NCBI GenBank assembly: GCA_046290415.1 | Contig: JBKAGN010000001.1 | Coordinates: forward strand, 7,295-71,294 | Origin: Hyphomicrobiales bacterium | Lineage (GTDB): Bacteria; Pseudomonadota; Alphaproteobacteria; Rhizobiales; MH13 | DNA length: 64,000 nt | Direction of reading: 5' to 3' | Shown: positions 49,701 to 59,854 of the stretch, piece by piece | How positions within the stretch are numbered: position 1 is the first letter of the stretch | Layout: the number at the start of each line of letters is the position of its first letter | Translations under genes and position numbers: made by a program | Notes under the pieces: generated by a model | Seen by the model: only the letters and a program-made list of their open reading frames with translations | Told to the model about the DNA's origin: nothing | Database searches by the model: none

Positions 49701-49822
49701 AAGTCTTTGATTAATTTCATATTTCTTCTGACAAATCGGCAAGAAGCTGTTCACCAATTGCGGTGAGGAACGCCTAACCAGTGCTGGTGACAGGGTGTTG
49801 AGGCTAAGTGTGGCGCGCCGGC

Positions 49823-50287
49823 TTAGCGCAACGGCGGCGCGGTTTGTGACAGGCGTCGAACCTGCAACAGCATGCCCAGATAGATCGAAACCAGCCCGGC
49901 ATTGAGCAGCAGGATGGTGATGCTGACGATCCCGAGATTGGGCAAGAGGAAATAGGTCAGCGCGTCGGCGGCGACGATCACCAACCACAGCACCGCACCC
50001 CAGGGCGCAAGCAACCACAGGCCGACGCAGGCAATGATGCTTGCCACGGTGAGAATGCCGAACAGTGCGAACCGCACATAGGGTGTGCCGAGCAGCAAGC
50101 CACCAAGTTCGGGATGGTCGATGAGGCCGACGATTAGAAACCAACCGTTGATAGCGCGGACCAAAAGAACAAGGGCGATGACGCGCAGCACCACGATGAA
50201 CCAGCGCTCAATTGGATCCAAGCGCTGCTTGGGCGGCGGCGTGACCCAGATCGGGTCCATCGGCTTGGGAACAGAACTGCGCGCCAT
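49823..50287 (-). CDS. DUF6163-like membrane protein
   Basis: Four hydrophobic helices with the A.VGLWLLAPWG.V.W motif; lies between ldtR and hemB as in related genomes. Confidence 0.75.
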   Translation of the reverse strand: MARSSVPKPMDPIWVTPPPKQRLDPIERWFIVVLRVIALVLLVRAINGWFLIVGLIDHPELGGLLLGTPYVRFALFGILTVASIIACVGLWLLAPWGAVLWLVIVAADALTYFLLPNLGIVSITILLLNAGLVSIYLGMLLQVRRLSQTAPPLR

Positions 50288-50373
50288 AGAGGTGTATGCG
50301 ATCCTTTGAGCGTGTCGACGACGGCTAAGCTGTTTCGGCTTCCAGCAAACCAGATAAGTTAGAGCGATCGGCG

Positions 50374-50406
50374 CTGAAGGCAGAAGATGCGATCTTCTGC
50401 CTTCGG
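50374..50406. other. 13-bp perfect inverted repeat in the hemB upstream region
   Basis: GAAGGCAGAAGAT (50376-50388)-GCG-ATCTTCTGCCTTC (50392-50404); no U-tract on either side. Confidence 0.9.
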
Positions 50407-50489
50407 TGAGATTGCTCCCCTACCCTGCCGCTGATAGCAAAAGCAAACACGCGGCACCATGCACGCAACCGGCAGGCAGAAGAGTATCA

Positions 50490-51527
50490 ATGGATAAACA
50501 GACGGCACGAGGTTTGGTCAACACGGTGACAGGCGGTCGCCGCATGCGCCGGCGGCGGTTGCAGCCATGGCTCCGCGACCTGACACGTGAAAGCGTTTTG
50601 ACGATCAACGATTTGATTTGGCCGGTGTTTCTGACTGATGGCGTGAACACCCGCGAACCGGTCGCCTCCATGCCTGGCGTCTCGCGCGTTTCGCCAGACC
50701 TCGCCGTGGACATGGCCAAACGCGCTGAAGACCTTGGCATTCGGGCGCTGGCTTTGTTTCCCAACACCGATCCCGAGCTTCGCGACGAAACTGGATCTGA
50801 GGCGCTCAACAGCAACAATCTGGTTTGTACCGCTGTGCGGGCCATTAAGGCGGCTGGCGCTGACGTGGGTCTGATCACAGATGTCGCGCTTGATCCCTAC
50901 ACCAGCCATGGCCATGACGGGGTATTTGGCGGCAATGATCAGCAGATCGACAATGATGCGTCGGTCGCGCAGTTGGCCTTGCAGGCTCGAACGCTGGCCG
51001 AGGCTGGCGCAGACATGATTGCGCCATCCGATATGATGGATGGGCGCATCGGCGCAATTCGAACCAGTCTGGATGAGGCAGGTCACATTGACCTGCCCAT
51101 TATGGCCTATGCGGCCAAATACGCCTCTGCTTTTTACGGCCCGTTTCGCGATGCAGTCGGGGCGTCAGGAACGCTGAAGGGCGACAAGCGCACCTATCAG
51201 ATGGATCCGGCTAACGGCCAAGAGGCCGAACATGAGGTGGAGTTGGACATCGCCGAGGGCGCAGATGTGGTTATGGTCAAACCCGGCATGCCGTATCTGG
51301 ATATCGTCCACCGGGTGAAGACCAGCTTTGGTCTGCCGACCACGGTCTATCAGGTGTCCGGTGAATTCGCGATGATCGAAGCGGCCGCGGCAAATGGTTG
51401 GATTGATCGCGACAAAGCGATCATGGAGAGCCTGATTGCGTTCAAACGCGCCGGCGCGGACGGCATTTTGACCTACTTTGCTCCTGAAATCGCAGCAAAA
51501 CTCGCCAAATCGTCCCATTCTTCTTGA
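50490..51527 (+). CDS. hemB: porphobilinogen synthase (delta-aminolevulinate dehydratase), Zn-independent type
   Basis: RRMRR, DLIWPVF, DVALDPYTSHGHDG (Asp-rich, no Zn-binding cysteines), APSDMMDGR, KYAS.FYGPFRDA, MVKPG and YQVSGEF. Start at MDKQ (50490). Confidence 0.97.
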   Translation: MDKQTARGLVNTVTGGRRMRRRRLQPWLRDLTRESVLTINDLIWPVFLTDGVNTREPVASMPGVSRVSPDLAVDMAKRAEDLGIRALALFPNTDPELRDETGSEALNSNNLVCTAVRAIKAAGADVGLITDVALDPYTSHGHDGVFGGNDQQIDNDASVAQLALQARTLAEAGADMIAPSDMMDGRIGAIRTSLDEAGHIDLPIMAYAAKYASAFYGPFRDAVGASGTLKGDKRTYQMDPANGQEAEHEVELDIAEGADVVMVKPGMPYLDIVHRVKTSFGLPTTVYQVSGEFAMIEAAAANGWIDRDKAIMESLIAFKRAGADGILTYFAPEIAAKLAKSSHSS

Positions 51528-51584
51528 ACCGACGCGCAAGCATTCCCACGTCTTGAGCGACCATTTGCTTAGGACTGGAGACCC

Positions 51585-52130
51585 ATGACTTCCGCCTCAT
51601 CACAGCCCCGCCCGCCGATCATGCCCCTGGACGGCAGCGATCCTCGAGAGGATCGTTTCGCGTTTGACCCGATCAGCGAGCCATGGCTGTTCGATGGCGT
51701 GCGCACACGCCGGATCTTCGCCTTCCTGCTCGATCTGATTGTTCTGTCGATCTTCGTCACCATCGCGGCTGTGGTGGTTGCGATTCTCGGCATACCGACC
51801 TTTGGGCTCGCCTGGCTCATCTTTCCCATCCTCCTGCCGCTGGTCGCCATCGCCTATATCGGCCTGACGCTGGGCGGTTCGAAATCGGCAACACCGGGCA
51901 TGCAGGCCATGGGCATTGAAATGCGCCTTTGGCACGGCGCCCCGATGTACGGCCTGTTGGCGATCGTGCACGCGCTGGCGTTCTATTTCTCGGCGGGAAC
52001 GGTGCTGCTTCTGTTCATCATTCTTGGCGCGAGTTTGTTCTCGTCCACCAAACGCTGCTTGCACGACGTACTGCTTGGCACCGTGGTGATCAACAATGCG
52101 CAGCGCGCGGCCTCGCTGCGCGGCACCTAA
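51585..52130 (+). CDS. RDD-family membrane protein
   Basis: RRIFAFLLD, ATPGMQAMGIEMR and RCLHDVLLGTVV. Confidence 0.9.
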   Translation: MTSASSQPRPPIMPLDGSDPREDRFAFDPISEPWLFDGVRTRRIFAFLLDLIVLSIFVTIAAVVVAILGIPTFGLAWLIFPILLPLVAIAYIGLTLGGSKSATPGMQAMGIEMRLWHGAPMYGLLAIVHALAFYFSAGTVLLLFIILGASLFSSTKRCLHDVLLGTVVINNAQRAASLRGT

Positions 52131-52230
52131 TCCCGCGTAGTCGCTCGTCCACAGCCGTGACGCAAAAAGCCGGTTGCTAAACTCCACCCTCTCGCCGCAT
52201 GCTTGGCATCAATAAAGCGGCGCGAGGGTT

Positions 52231-54072
52231 TTGCCTTTGATCGGACTTGATGTCTGGATGGTCTACGCGGTGATTGGCCTTGCCATCGTTGCTTACGCGT
52301 CCGACCGCTGGTCGATCGAGTTTGTCTCGCTTGGCATCATGGCTGCCTTGCTGGTGGTTTTTTCCGTCCTACCGATGGTCGGGCCGGCGCTTACCGATAG
52401 CTTCGGAATCCCGATCAGCGCCGCCGTCGTTCAAGGCTTTGTTGACCCGGCCTTCCTGTTGGAGGGATTTGCGAGCCCCGTTCTTTTCACCATCCTCGCC
52501 TTGCTTGTGATCGGTCAGGCCTTGTTCCAAACCGATGCATTGGCGCCGGTGGCGCGGCTCGCCACCCGTATCGGCGGGAAGCGCGAAGTCCTCGCGATTT
52601 TGCTGATTATTCTGGTTGCTGGTGCCTCCAGCGCCTTTCTCAACAACACGCCCGTAGTTGTCATGCTTCTGCCGGTCATTGGCGCGATGGCAGCGCGGCT
52701 TCCTGGCGGCGCGCGACCGTTTCTGATCCCGCTGTCCTTTGCGACGATCCTCGGCGGCACGACCACGCTTATCGGGTCGTCGACCAATCTGCTGGTCGCT
52801 TCAACTGCCGAGGACAGCGCCGGCTACATGCTCGGCTTTTTCGATCAGACCTCGCTAGCGCTGATCTTGGTGATTGTTACGTTGCCCTATTTGCTTTGGG
52901 TGCTGCCGATACTTCTGCGCCGTGATGGGCTTGCGACTCCCGCGACGACCTTCCGCGGCAAGCAATTCATCGCCGAACAGCAACTGGTCGCCGGTGACGC
53001 ACTTGTCGGAGCTCGCGCAACGCAGGGCCTTTTCACTGGGCTCAAAGACATCACGGTGCGCTCTGTGCGCCGCGGACCAAGGCTATACCTGCCCCCGTTC
53101 GATGATCTTGAACTTTTGCCTGGTGACACGGTGGTCGTCGCCGCCAAACGCGATGAGTTGGTGAAGACATTCATTGCCTCAACGTCGTCGGGCGATGAGG
53201 AGCGGCGCGGTGTGCTGTCGGTCAATGCCAGCGAGGCGATGTTGGCGCCGGGCGCGCGGTTTGTCGGCCAAAGCATCGATGTGATCGCGACTTATCTTGG
53301 CGCCGACCACAAACTTCTCGGCATCGAGCGCCGAGCGCGCATGCCTCGCGTCGCATTGGATGCCCTGCGGCTGGAAGCTGGCGATGTGTTCCTGCTGGCC
53401 AGCACAGACCAAGGCTTGGAAAAACTACGCGGCCAACGTGAGTTGCTCATTCTTGAAGAAACGCGCGCCGAGATCGGCAACCGTGAACGCGCGCCAATGG
53501 CGATCGGCATTTTTGTCGTGGCGCTAGCCAGTGTCTTGTTCGGCATAACCGACCTAATGGTGGCGACCGTCGCCGCTGCCTTTGCCATGGTCGCCACCGG
53601 CTGCCTTAACATTCGTCAGGCAACACGCGCCATCGACCCGCGCATCGTGATGATGATCGGGACGGCGCTGGCAATGGGCGCCTCGCTCCAAATCACAGGT
53701 GGAGATCGAGCGATTGCCGCGGGTGTTCTGGCGCTGGCGGCCGACGCCGGCCCCACCGTGATTCTTTCGGCCTTCTTCTTGGTGGTGGCCCTCCTGACCA
53801 ACATCTTGTCGAACAATGCAACTGCGGTTCTGTTCACACCCATCGCTTTGCAATTGGCCAGCGACTTATCCCTGCCCTCAGAACCCTTCGTCATGGCTGT
53901 GTTGCTCGCCGCCAACTGTTCGTTCGCCACGCCGATCGGCTACCAGACCAATTTGTTGGTGATGGGTCCTGGCCATTACCGCTTTTCGGACTATGTCAAG
54001 ACCGGCGCGCCCCTTGTCGTGTTGTACTGGCTGGCCTTCACGCTTCTAGCGCCTTGGTATTTTTCCCTATAG
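52231..54072 (+). CDS. SLC13/DASS-family permease with TrkA-C (RCK_C) domains
   Basis: SAFLNNTPVV, LGGTTTLIGSSTNLLV, central soluble TrkA-C-like repeats, TNILSNNATAVL and TPIGYQTNLLVMGPG.Y.FSDY. Confidence 0.9.
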   Translation: MPLIGLDVWMVYAVIGLAIVAYASDRWSIEFVSLGIMAALLVVFSVLPMVGPALTDSFGIPISAAVVQGFVDPAFLLEGFASPVLFTILALLVIGQALFQTDALAPVARLATRIGGKREVLAILLIILVAGASSAFLNNTPVVVMLLPVIGAMAARLPGGARPFLIPLSFATILGGTTTLIGSSTNLLVASTAEDSAGYMLGFFDQTSLALILVIVTLPYLLWVLPILLRRDGLATPATTFRGKQFIAEQQLVAGDALVGARATQGLFTGLKDITVRSVRRGPRLYLPPFDDLELLPGDTVVVAAKRDELVKTFIASTSSGDEERRGVLSVNASEAMLAPGARFVGQSIDVIATYLGADHKLLGIERRARMPRVALDALRLEAGDVFLLASTDQGLEKLRGQRELLILEETRAEIGNRERAPMAIGIFVVALASVLFGITDLMVATVAAAFAMVATGCLNIRQATRAIDPRIVMMIGTALAMGASLQITGGDRAIAAGVLALAADAGPTVILSAFFLVVALLTNILSNNATAVLFTPIALQLASDLSLPSEPFVMAVLLAANCSFATPIGYQTNLLVMGPGHYRFSDYVKTGAPLVVLYWLAFTLLAPWYFSL

Positions 54073-54114
54073 GATGCGTTTCAACATCTCTGCCTGCCCC
54101 GATTGGCCTTCATT

Positions 54115-54864
54115 ATGACCAAGCATCCGCTTGATACGCCAACCTTTTACCTGACGGCCGCCTCGCCCTGCCCGTATCTTCCTGGTCAGCGCGAGCGCAA
54201 AATTTTCACCCATCTGGTCGGTTCGCAGGCCCGCGATCTCCATGCCATGTTGTCAGCCGGTGGGTTTCGCCGCTCGCAAAACATCGCCTATCGGCCGGCC
54301 TGTGAAGGATGCAACGCCTGCGTTTCGGTACGGGTGCGGGTTGATGCGTTCCGCCCCACCAAATCGATGAAGCGGATCATTAAGCGCAATGTTGATGTTG
54401 CCGGCCGCGATGAACCCAACAAGGCGACGTCGGAACAGTATGCGATGTTCCGCGATTATCTGGACGCCCGTCACGAAGATGGCGGCATGGCGCAGATGAG
54501 CGTGCTTGATTACGCCATGATGGTCGAAGACAGCCATATCGACACACACATCGTCAGCTACCGCTTGCGCCAACCGGGTGAACTCGCAGGCCAGGATGGT
54601 GGGCCGCTGGTAGGCCTCTGCCTCACTGATCAGGTGGCTGATGGATTGTCGATGGTCTATTCGTTCTTCGATCCCGAGCCATCGCTGGAGGCACGCTCGC
54701 TGGGCACCTACATGATCCTCGATCACATCCAGCGTGCGCGTAAACGCGGCTTGCCCTACCTTTATCTGGGCTATCTGGTCGATGGATCACAGAAGATGGC
54801 CTACAAGGCTCGCTTCAAGCCGCAAGAGCATCTGACGCCTAGCGGCTGGCGACCGAGTAAGTAG
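54115..54864 (+). CDS. bpt: aspartate/glutamate leucyltransferase (bacterial ATE-like Bpt)
   Basis: [47 protein letters not shown] and [10 protein letters not shown]......YLYLGY.V.GS.KM.YK. Start at ATG 54115. Confidence 0.92.
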   Translation: MTKHPLDTPTFYLTAASPCPYLPGQRERKIFTHLVGSQARDLHAMLSAGGFRRSQNIAYRPACEGCNACVSVRVRVDAFRPTKSMKRIIKRNVDVAGRDEPNKATSEQYAMFRDYLDARHEDGGMAQMSVLDYAMMVEDSHIDTHIVSYRLRQPGELAGQDGGPLVGLCLTDQVADGLSMVYSFFDPEPSLEARSLGTYMILDHIQRARKRGLPYLYLGYLVDGSQKMAYKARFKPQEHLTPSGWRPSK

Positions 54865-54914
54865 AATGGACGCAAACGTCGGCGCGACCCGTCGCCGACA
54901 GGAAGGCATCGTTC

Positions 54915-55178
54915 ATGGCTATTGTTCTTGCAGTCAGCGGATTGGTGATGGCCGCTTTTGGCGCTCTTTGCGGCGCGGTGGCTGCGCGCTTTCTCAACCG
55001 CAAGGTGCTTTATGTGGCCTGGGCCGGTCTGGTCGCGCTCGCGGGGTACTTGTTCATCCGGGGCCAGGCCCTTGCCGAGTATGATCGCATCGAAGCCAAT
55101 GTGCTCGTCTTTTTGGTCCTGCTGCCGTTTCTGGTCGGCAGCGTTGTCGCCGGTTTGATCGTCAAACGGCGGGTCTGA
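54915..55178 (+). CDS. small hypothetical membrane protein (about 3 TM segments)
   Basis: 87-aa hydrophobic ORF filling the gap between bpt and parC, with a purine-rich GGAAGG upstream. Confidence 0.65.
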   Translation: MAIVLAVSGLVMAAFGALCGAVAARFLNRKVLYVAWAGLVALAGYLFIRGQALAEYDRIEANVLVFLVLLPFLVGSVVAGLIVKRRV

Positions 55179-55186
55179 CGGGTCGG

Positions 55187-57454
55187 CTAGCCACCAAACC
55201 TGTTGTTTCTGGGAAAGCCCTGCGGCGCCATGCGCCCAGCTTGGGCGCGTTCGCCGCGCCATTCTGCCATCTCATCCAAGGAGCGGTTGTATTGCCGCCC
55301 GGCGCTGTCAGACCAGGTGAGGCCTTCTTCAGCTTTGAACGTTACCAAGTCGCTGACACCGCCATCCTTGTAGCGTTGCAGGCGCACGCCTTTGCCACGG
55401 CCCATCTCGGCGATCTGCGCCAGTGGGAAAAGCAGAAGTTTGCGATTCTGGCCGATCACAGCAACCATATCGCCTTCCACCGGTACGGCCATTTGCAGCT
55501 CTGTGGGCTCGGAAAGGTTCATCACCTGCTTGCCCTTGCGGGTGTTGGCGACGATGTCTTTTTCCGGCGCAACGAACCCATAGCCATCGGTGTTGACAAG
55601 CAGCAGCTTGCGTTTTGGGTCGTGGACATAAAGCTCGACGATATCTTGCCCGGCTTCCAAATCGACCATGATGCGCAGCGGATCGCCGTGGCCTCGCCCG
55701 CCAGGCAATTTGTCGGCAGTCAGCGTGAACACCTTGCCACCTGTCGATACCGCCACCAGTTTGTCGGTGGTCATGGCTTCTCGAGTCAGTTTCAGCCGGT
55801 CACCCTGCTTGAAATCGAGCCGCGAGAGATCGGCATTGTGGCCCTTCAGGGCGCGCACCCAGCCTTTTTGTGACATCACCACGGTGATCGGCTCGCGCTC
55901 CACCATGGCTGCGTCAATGTCCGACAGGTCGATGGTGGGAGCATCAGCAAAGGTGGTGCGGCGTTTGCCCAACACGGTTTCGGGGCCATAGGCTTTGCGT
56001 AGCGCTTTGATGTCTTTGCCAATCCGCGTCCATTGGCGCGCCTTGGAGCCGACCAGCGCTTCCAGCCCAGCCTGCTCTTCCAGAAGCGCATCACGCTCCT
56101 TGCGGATTTCCATTTCTTCAAGCTTACGCAGAGCGCGCAGGCGCATGTTGAGGATGGCATCAGCCTGCGTATCGCTGAGACCGAAAGCCTTCATCAGCAC
56201 CTGTTTTGGCTCATCCTCATAACGGATGATGCGGATCACCTCATCCAAATTGAGGTAGGCGATGATGAAGCCTTCCAGCAGCTCCAGTCTTGCCGCGATC
56301 TTGCCGAGCCGGAAATTCGAGCGGCGCACCAGCACATCGCGGCGGTGATCGAGCCAAGAAACCAGAACCTCGCGCAGACCCATGACGCGCGGTGTCAGAC
56401 CGCCATCGAGAACGTTCATGTTCAGCGAAATGCGCGATTCCAGCTCGGTTAGCCGGAACAGCGACTCCATCATCAGTTCCGGATCGACGTTGCGGTTTTT
56501 TGGTTCCAAAACCAGGCGCATATCTTCAGCGGATTCATCGCGCACATCGCCTAGCAGCGGCAGTTTCTTTGACAGCAGAAGGTCGGCAATGCGCTCCACC
56601 AAGCGGCTTTTGACCACCTGATAGGGGATCTCGGTGATAACCACCGACCAGGTGCCCCTGCCCTGATCTTCCTTCTCCCAGCGTGCACGAACGCGGAAAC
56701 CGCCCCGGCCTGTCTCATAGGCTTGGATACGGCTCGCCTCATCCTCAACCATGATCCCGCCGGTCGGAAAATCAGGCCCTGGAACAAGCTTTACGAGCTC
56801 GGTCGTTTCCATGTTCCGATTGTCGATCAGCGCCAGGGAGGCATCGCAAAGCTCAGCGACATTGTGCGGTGGGATCGACGTCGCCATGCCAACCGCAATG
56901 CCGGTGGAGCCGTTTGCCAAGAGATTGGGGAAATCGGCGGGTAGAACCACCGGCTCCTCTTCCGAGCCGTCATAGGTTTCGCGAAAATCAACGGCGTCTT
57001 CGTCAATACCATCAAGCAGCCGCGTGGCGACATCGGTCATCCGCGCTTCGGTGTAGCGCATGGCGGCTGCACTATCGCCGTCGATGTTGCCGAAATTGCC
57101 TTGGCCTTCGACGAGCGGATAGCGGACAGCAAAGTCCTGCGCGAGGCGCACCAGGGCGTCATAGACCGACTGATCGCCATGCGGGTGGTACTTACCGATG
57201 ACATCGCCCACCACGCGGGCAGACTTTTTGAAGCCCTGCGCCGGGTCGAGCTTCAGCTGGCGCATTGCGTAGAGCAGACGGCGGTGAACCGGCTTTAGGC
57301 CGTCGCGGACATCGGGCAGAGCCCGCTGTGTGATCGTTGAGAGTGCATAGGCGAGATAGCGCTCGCGCAGCGCTGCATCCAGATCGATGGCCTCAATGCC
57401 GTCGTCGCCGCCATCATCCCCGGAGCCCGGGGGCCGAATCGTCATGTCGCTCAT
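55187..57454 (-). CDS. parC: DNA topoisomerase IV subunit A
   Basis: [56 protein letters not shown] and a short ParC-type C-terminal domain. Confidence 0.95.
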   Translation of the reverse strand: MSDMTIRPPGSGDDGGDDGIEAIDLDAALRERYLAYALSTITQRALPDVRDGLKPVHRRLLYAMRQLKLDPAQGFKKSARVVGDVIGKYHPHGDQSVYDALVRLAQDFAVRYPLVEGQGNFGNIDGDSAAAMRYTEARMTDVATRLLDGIDEDAVDFRETYDGSEEEPVVLPADFPNLLANGSTGIAVGMATSIPPHNVAELCDASLALIDNRNMETTELVKLVPGPDFPTGGIMVEDEASRIQAYETGRGGFRVRARWEKEDQGRGTWSVVITEIPYQVVKSRLVERIADLLLSKKLPLLGDVRDESAEDMRLVLEPKNRNVDPELMMESLFRLTELESRISLNMNVLDGGLTPRVMGLREVLVSWLDHRRDVLVRRSNFRLGKIAARLELLEGFIIAYLNLDEVIRIIRYEDEPKQVLMKAFGLSDTQADAILNMRLRALRKLEEMEIRKERDALLEEQAGLEALVGSKARQWTRIGKDIKALRKAYGPETVLGKRRTTFADAPTIDLSDIDAAMVEREPITVVMSQKGWVRALKGHNADLSRLDFKQGDRLKLTREAMTTDKLVAVSTGGKVFTLTADKLPGGRGHGDPLRIMVDLEAGQDIVELYVHDPKRKLLLVNTDGYGFVAPEKDIVANTRKGKQVMNLSEPTELQMAVPVEGDMVAVIGQNRKLLLFPLAQIAEMGRGKGVRLQRYKDGGVSDLVTFKAEEGLTWSDSAGRQYNRSLDEMAEWRGERAQAGRMAPQGFPRNNRFGG

Positions 57455-57486
57455 GCCCTTGGACGTATCGAAGCGGCGTCACTGCT

Positions 57487-58233
57487 TCAAGCGGTAGTCG
57501 CCATCGACGCCGTGGATTGCCCGCAAATCCGGCGGATCAGCGCGTCGCGCCCCTCTGGAGGACGCACCGCGCGTGGGCCCCAAACGTTGCGCTCCAAGAA
57601 AAACGCGGTCAGCCGAAACGCATCCATCGTTTCTGTGGGAGAAACCTGATCCATCGACCCTGTCAAGAAAGCGGGCAATGCCAACAACTTGTCCTTGTAC
57701 GGCGCACCAGCATCCGCGCTGACCGCACAGCCGGACTTCGGCGAAACATAGATGAGACCAGATTGCACGCCGGTCCCAGCGCATTTGGTCAGATCCAGGC
57801 CAAAGCCAAGCTCTTCCAGCAGTACAACTTCGAACCGCGCGACCAAAGCCGCCTGCGTTTGCGGCTCACTGTGATGATTGAGGATCAACTCCAACATGTC
57901 GAACAGGCCCGCATGGGGGTCCCGTTCGGCAAGCAGGCGTAGATGCGCCGCGCAAAGCTGGGCGGCGAGTAGTGCCACAGGTTCTTCCATCAATTGAGCG
58001 CCGCGCAGCGTTTCGCCATCGACTTGAAACAGGCCAAGATGCTGGTCCAGCCGGGCACGCCAGGTGAGAGAGAGCGTGTTGCCGACTTGCAGAAGCGCCG
58101 CCATGCGACGCGAACGCCCGCCACGCACCAACCCCATATGGCGACCGCGCTCGCGCGTCATCACCTCAAGGATGAGGCTCGATTCACCATGCTTTTTGTG
58201 GCCAAGAACAATGCCGCTGGCGGTCCATTCCAT
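57487..58233 (-). CDS. recO: DNA repair protein RecO
   Basis: MEW...GIVL...KHGE, GLVRGG.S, WRARL..HLG, LGFGLDL.KCA.TG, YVSPKSG.AVS. Confidence 0.96.
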   Translation of the reverse strand: MEWTASGIVLGHKKHGESSLILEVMTRERGRHMGLVRGGRSRRMAALLQVGNTLSLTWRARLDQHLGLFQVDGETLRGAQLMEEPVALLAAQLCAAHLRLLAERDPHAGLFDMLELILNHHSEPQTQAALVARFEVVLLEELGFGLDLTKCAGTGVQSGLIYVSPKSGCAVSADAGAPYKDKLLALPAFLTGSMDQVSPTETMDAFRLTAFFLERNVWGPRAVRPPEGRDALIRRICGQSTASMATTA

Positions 58234-58248
58234 GGAGCTAAACCTGCC

Positions 58249-59166
58249 CTACTGCGTGGGAAAGTCCAAGCCCATCTCATTGTAGCGTTCTGGATCGGAC
58301 GCCCAGTTTGGACGCACTTTAACAAATAGAAAAAGATGCACCGGCGCGTCCACGGCTTGGCTGATCGCCTTGCGGGCGTTCATGGATATCCATTTGATCG
58401 TTTGCCCGCCTTTGCCAAGCACGATCTTCTTCTGGCTGTCACGCTCGACATAAATCGTCTGCTCCACGCGATGGCCCTTGGGCGTGGTTTTCCAGTCTTC
58501 CGTGACCACGTGGGAGACGTAGGGCAGCTCCTCGTGCAAGCGCTCGTAGAGTTTTTCGCGGGTCAGTTCGGCGGCCAGCATGCGCATCGGCATGTCGGAA
58601 ATCTGGTCTTCGGGATAGAGCCATGGGCCAGGTTTCATCGTCCGGCGCAGTGCATCCACGAAGGCGTCCACCCCCTCACCGGTGATGGCCGACAGCGGGA
58701 AAGTTTCGTCGAACTGCAACTTTTCGTTGATGGCGGCAATCAGTGGCAGAAGCTCCGATTGATCCATCTCATCAATCTTGTTGAGGATCAGCCACTTTGG
58801 CTGGCGGATGCCTTTCAATTGTTCCAGCGCGGCCTCGACGATCTCTGACAGGCCTTTGCGCGCATCGATGACGAAGCAAACGCATTCGGCATCTTTCGCA
58901 CCCGACCAGGCGGTCTGCACCATCGCGCGATCGAGGCGCCGCTTGGGTTTGAAAAGGCCAGGCGTATCAACGAACACGACCTGGGTTTCATCGAGGATCG
59001 CGATGCCGCGCACAAGCGCACGGGTCGTCTGCACCTTGTGGGACACGATGGCGACTTTCGAGCCAACCAGTCGGTTGAGCAGCGTGGACTTTCCCGCATT
59101 GGTCGGGCCCATCAGGGCGACAAAGCCGGCACGAGTTTCCAGAACGTTTCCAGCTTGCTCAGTCAT
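58249..59166 (-). CDS. era: GTPase Era
   Basis: G.TNAGKSTL.N, KVQTTR, DTPG, NKID, LHEELPY and Q.KIVLGKGG..IK. Start moved to MTEQ (59166). Confidence 0.98.
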   Translation of the reverse strand: MTEQAGNVLETRAGFVALMGPTNAGKSTLLNRLVGSKVAIVSHKVQTTRALVRGIAILDETQVVFVDTPGLFKPKRRLDRAMVQTAWSGAKDAECVCFVIDARKGLSEIVEAALEQLKGIRQPKWLILNKIDEMDQSELLPLIAAINEKLQFDETFPLSAITGEGVDAFVDALRRTMKPGPWLYPEDQISDMPMRMLAAELTREKLYERLHEELPYVSHVVTEDWKTTPKGHRVEQTIYVERDSQKKIVLGKGGQTIKWISMNARKAISQAVDAPVHLFLFVKVRPNWASDPERYNEMGLDFPTQ

Positions 59167-59854
59167 GGGTGTCTTTCCAAACGCCTTCGCGCACCAGCAT
59201 CGCCATGGCGGCTGCCTGTTGAGCATCGCGCTTTGATTTGCCTTCAGCTTCCAGTGGATCGACGCCATCAACAGAAACTGCGATCTTGAACACTGGCGCA
59301 TGGTCCGGTCCGTCGCGACCCGTCTCGGTGTAGGTCGGCGTTGCCTTGCGTTTGGCGTGCGCCCATTCCTGCAGCGCTGTTTTGGGGTCGCGTCGCGCCG
59401 CGCCCGCCTCATCCATGACCGGCTGCCAGTGGGTTAGAATGAACGTTCTGGCTGTCTCCATGCCACCGTCCAGATAGAGCGCTGCTATGACCGCTTCGCA
59501 AACATCGGCAAGCACGGCGCGCGCCGCCCGCGTTGGTTTGGTAACATCCAGATCGTCGGTGCGCACCGCGTGATCCAGGCCGAGCTGTTTAGCAATCGCC
59601 GCGCAGGTTTCGGCGCGCACAAGGTGGTTGAGGCGGCGCGCAAGCTCACCCTCATCGGCCTGTGAAAACCGTGCAATCAACGCATCGGCGATAACGAGCG
59701 CGAGCACGCGGTCGCCAAGAAACTCCAAGCGCTGGTAGGTCCGAGTGGCATCGCTTTGCCCACCACCATGGCTTGCATGGGTCAGAGCTCGGTCGAGCAG
59801 AGCCGGGTTAGCAAAGTGATGACCCAGCGCTTCTTCTACCGGCTTAGATGCCAT
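59159..59854 (-). CDS. rnc: ribonuclease III
   Basis: ALTH.S, YQRLEFLGDRVL, D.CEAVIAALYLDGG and the dsRBD DPKTALQEW...GPDHAP.F. Start at MASK (59854). Confidence 0.97.
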   Translation of the reverse strand: MASKPVEEALGHHFANPALLDRALTHASHGGGQSDATRTYQRLEFLGDRVLALVIADALIARFSQADEGELARRLNHLVRAETCAAIAKQLGLDHAVRTDDLDVTKPTRAARAVLADVCEAVIAALYLDGGMETARTFILTHWQPVMDEAGAARRDPKTALQEWAHAKRKATPTYTETGRDGPDHAPVFKIAVSVDGVDPLEAEGKSKRDAQQAAAMAMLVREGVWKDTHD

